NCBI RefSeq assembly: GCF_026571515.1
Contig: NW_026851951.1
Span: 62,001 to 116,421 of the forward strand
DNA length: 54,421 nt
Source: Ruditapes philippinarum
Taxonomy: Eukaryota
Reading direction: 5' to 3'
The notes under the pieces were generated by a model. That model worked only from the letters and a program-made list of their open reading frames with translations. It did not search any database and was not told the origin of the DNA. Shown one piece after another: positions 50,801 to 54,421 of the stretch. A program made the position numbers and the translations under genes. Positions within the stretch are counted from its first letter, which is position 1. Each line of letters starts with the position of its first letter.

Positions 50801-51205
50801 AACTCTCAGACACTCAACATATTTAAATCTAGACTAAAAAATCTTTTTAAAGCACCAACGGTTCCGAAGCACTATTTTTATGGCCAGAGATACTTATCAA
50901 TATTGCATACACGTCTAAGAAATAATTGTAGTAATTTAAATAACGATTTATATAATAACCATTTGCGCGAAGACCCTTTTTATCAATGTGATATTGTGAT
51001 TGAAAATGCCGAGCATTTCTTTTTCAAATGTAATCGTTACGTCGAACAACGAATAATACTCTTTCGAGAAACTCGATCTTACCATCCATTAAACATTGAT
51101 ACACTATTGTTCGGTCGTGAAAATTTAGAATACGAAGATAACATTGTCATTTTCGAATCAGTTCAAAAATTTATCAAGACAACTCATCGTTTTGATAATA
51201 TTTGA
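47803..51205 (+). pseudogene. LINE ORF2 (2A leader, APE endonuclease, reverse transcriptase, C-terminal Cys/His motif) with three frameshifts
   Basis: GDVESNPGP, NIRGL, TETHL, GDIN, SDH, NYRPISL, DISKAFD, GVPQGSALGP, LFADD and E..EHFFFKC spread over ORFs 47779-49053, 48972-49298, 49267-49662 and 49619-51205. Confidence 0.92.
48040..48126 (+). other. Canonical 2A/StopGo motif at the N-terminus of LINE ORF2 (IMLQLLIISGDVESNPG|P)
   Basis: Exact D(V/I)ExNPGP consensus after a hydrophobic helix, directly before the APE domain. Confidence 0.88.
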
Positions 51206-51998
51206 CTTTTCATTTTGTGTTCATTCTAAAATTCGTCAATTACATTGGCTTTTTTGTTCTAATCTAACGTTCTTAAATAACGTTATTCATAACCAATCTT
51301 TCCCCAAAAACCAAACTTCAACAATTTTAACAACTACAGTGAGATCGGGATGGCAACCTGTGGATGGATCGCACTTCAAAATCAAAACTGTACATTAAAT
51401 CTTAATGAATAAATGAACGGTTCAAAAATGAAATACATATTTTTAAGTTTATATGCATGTTTAAATAATCATTGTTGCCTTAAAGTATTTTCTTTTGTAA
51501 AATTAATTTCTGGGAAGGGCTTAATCTAATGTTGTGAGAACTTGTTGCCCAACCCATTTGCATTTTGATATATATACTTTATTTGTATGCTTTATTTGTA
51601 AACATGTATTAAATGCAATAAAATATGTTTAAACAAAAAAAAAAGACGTTCATATGTATGTAATGAAGAGTTTAATATGTAATGTATGTACAGGTCTATT
51701 AAGAAGTAATAACTAAATATAAGGGAAATGACGCACTATAGTTTTTACACTAAAAGTAGATGGCGAAATAACGTAACTAAAGGAGAATATAACTTAGGAA
51801 AAATATTGTTTACCAGCTGATTTATTTGTTCAATTCCATTTGCAGCCTAATAAATTAATTAATTTTTAAATATTCTGAATAGTTACGCATTTCCTTTGCA
51901 AAAAATATGAACACAAATAACGCCTCTTAGCTTTTTAATCTTATTAATATTACGGTTACTCTACATTTCGTGTTCCTTTCTTAAATATAAATCAAAAC

Positions 51999-52245
51999 AT
52001 ATATGAGCCAGATCACGACAAAACCAGAATAGTGCGTTTGCGACCAGCGTGGATCCAGACCAGCCTGCGTATCCGCGCAGTCTGATCAGGATCCATGCTG
52101 TTCGCTTACCAACTCTATTACAAGTAGAGAAACTGATAGCGAACAGCATGGATCCTGATCAGACTGCGCGGATGCGCAGTCTTGTCTGGATCCATGCTGG
52201 TCGCAAACGCACTGTGTTGGTTTTGTCATGACGCGGCTCATATAT
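51999..52245. mobile_element. Palindromic foldback MITE (~245 bp)
   Basis: Arms atatatgagcc...ggatccatgctgttcgct and agcgaacagcatggatcc...ggctcatatat are reverse complements around a ~30-bp loop. Confidence 0.9.
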
Positions 52246-52999
52246 TATCAAAATTATCATATAATTATGTTGTGTGGAGATATTTGCGACCATTTAAGAT
52301 GTTTCAGATCACTGAATGATTTGAAGACGCATACTATTCACCTAAATCTGTTCTTTAAAATAATGAGTGCTGAATTCCTAAAGTACTAAGAAACATTATC
52401 AGAATTCTCTACAAACATAAAAATCTGATGATGATGTCATGTATGTCTTAGTCTGAATAAAATAGACTATACAATTACACTCTTTATTACGCCCTATAGA
52501 TCATTAGTCCATTTTTCTTTCTTTTATTATTATTAGTATAATTATTAATATTATTTTTTGTCTGACTAATAAAACATTTTTGCAAATATTATGTATAATC
52601 ATAATAACACTTTTAACTTGTAGTGATTAACTATGCTTTTTGATACTTCACTTTGAGTGCCACTTGATGACATTCAATTTATTGGGTACTTTGTAATTTA
52701 CTGGAAAAGCATATGATATTGAGCAATTTACAAGTTATATATTGTCTGCACGAGGTTTGCTTGTGAAAATATGCCTTGAAACAACGTTAGGGGATTACCA
52801 GAAATTGCAGGTAGAGAGAATTTATATATTTTTTTTTATGTCTTGGACGCGACCTTAAGGGAGCTACTACACTTAATACATGCACTGTCTTTTTTCTGAA
52901 TGTTTATATTGAGCTGGACCCGCGGGTAATATACATTTGATTCTACATAGCCATATAATCTACAAGTAGGCAGGATATTCTACGAGATTTGATTTTGTA

Positions 53000-53265
53000 A
53001 AAAATATCATCCCGAGGGAAATACTGTTACCCAAGGCGCTGGCTGAGGATACAGTATTTTAACGAGGGAGTATATTTTCGCTGTTACTCACAAACCTATG
53101 TGTTATTCATTTTATTACCCTGAACAAAAACTTCATTGGGACACTGTTTCTCTAAGTTCTGATTTTTTTTTAATTGATCGTACAATTTAATTAACAGTAA
53201 AAATAATTCACATTTACTTATAGGAAATAATAGGTATGAAATAGTGAGGGGAAATAGAAATAAAT
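53000..53265. mobile_element. Short relative of the 39246-40165 element
   Basis: Shares ctgttac.cacaaacctatgtgttatt.attttattaccc.gaacaaa and agtgagggg.aata. Starts with an imperfect hairpin, atactgttaccc...acagtat. Confidence 0.6.
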
Positions 53266-54421
53266 ATCTCATATGTTTGCGGGTAACTTTAAAGAAAAAT
53301 AACCCCGAATAACACAAGGTGATACCCGTAAACCTCTTTCATATATGTTGTTTATACCGATTTATTTTCTACGTTAGTTCTTTATCCGACTTGGAACACC
53401 TCATATTTACCTGTATAAATACAAACCTTACATTGTTCATTGTATGAATAATAACACTTAACTGTCATGATGTTTATTGTCTACTTACAAATTGCATCTT
53501 ATAGTAACTAATGGTAATGTTTTTTTCTATCAGCAAAGCTTTTTATAAATTGTGCAATATAAACAGCAAACAGACATATTTCAAAAGTCATTTTGGGTTT
53601 TTATTTCTTTTGTTGAGTATTATTAAGCCTCAAAAGAAAAACACTTGCGTGTCTGTTTCTTGCTCCAAGCAGAATAAAATATTATTGTTACTTGATTGTT
53701 CTGATTTTTTTACATTACAAGAACACAAAGTGCCATTGTTAGACTCTTAATGTAATTGTTTCATAAAATATATTTTTTATATTCGCTCGATTATGATGGA
53801 AACTATAAACTGATTTGAACCCAACTTGAGTCTATTTTCTGGAACAAATCTACACTGGTGTCTTAAGAGCTCCTTGAACTTTTGTAGCAAACACCAAAGC
53901 AACCATGCAACCGCACCTGTTAATGCCATTGGTAAATTTAAGTGCATTGTAATTATATTCGTTGACATTTCTTATTTTATCATGAATATTCACCTTGATA
54001 TTGAATACAATTTATTCTGAATCTGAATCTGTCCGTTAGAGTTGTAACGGTAAAATTTCTATATTTCTATATGTTTTATATGTTTTTGAATATAATAACA
54101 CAAAGGAAACATAACATTAATATATTTATTAATTCACACTTATACATTTATTTATTAAAGTTTTTCCATGACAACAATAATTGATTGATAATGGGATTCA
54201 CTTTTTCAAGTTCCTACACTAAATAAACATATATACAAATGTACAAATATGATACAATAACAACAATGTATATACAAACAAAACTTAAAAGTAACGAAAG
54301 ATTAGTAGTATATTATATATGCATCAACATTTACATTGCTTGATAATTGATAATTACTGGTAAGTTATCCTGGAAAACCGATTTAGTTGATCAAAATAAA
54401 AGATGCGTTAAACCCGACCAT

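Larger units (their letters stand above)
45460..51644 (+). mobile_element. Near full-length, inactivated CR1/L2-group non-LTR retrotransposon (5' end approximate)
   Basis: ORF1, then a spacer, then ORF2 (2A, APE endonuclease, RT), then a 3' UTR ending aataaaatatgtttaaac + A10. Confidence 0.88.

Noticed and set aside
45460-51644. The adjacent LINE as the direct donor of the GVIN 2A exon
   Set aside because: Leader length and sequence differ, and only motif-level protein similarity is visible, so its proximity may be coincidental.

Overview
AT-rich, intron-containing animal genomic DNA; the SINE, MITE and CR1-type repeat content suggests a bivalve mollusc (inference). The window is dominated by a direct segmental duplication (~1-16058 and ~22540-41074). 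Each unit carries a minus-strand gene with six coding exons for a very large inducible GTPase (GVIN1/VLIG/URGCP family). Splicing by hand (all GT-AG, all phase 1) gives a 1889-aa protein for copy 1: a 59-aa leader with a hydrophobic segment ending in a 2A/StopGo-like motif (LLLLLSGIEPNPG|P), two PARP14/NMI-type RRM-like domains, a linker, then the VLIG GTPase. The leader resembles the 2A-bearing N-terminal leader of ORF2 in the CR1/L2-type LINE at ~45.5-51.6 kb (GNSLNEWRVAIGLF...LLIISGDVESNPG|P). The main candidate novelty is therefore an innate-immune GTPase that appears to have acquired a retrotransposon-type ribosome-skipping leader as an exon. Copy 2 is frameshifted only in a stretch that looks like sequencing error. 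Also present: a decayed mariner, tRNA-derived SINEs, several MITEs, minisatellites and a BTB-BACK-PHR pseudogene.
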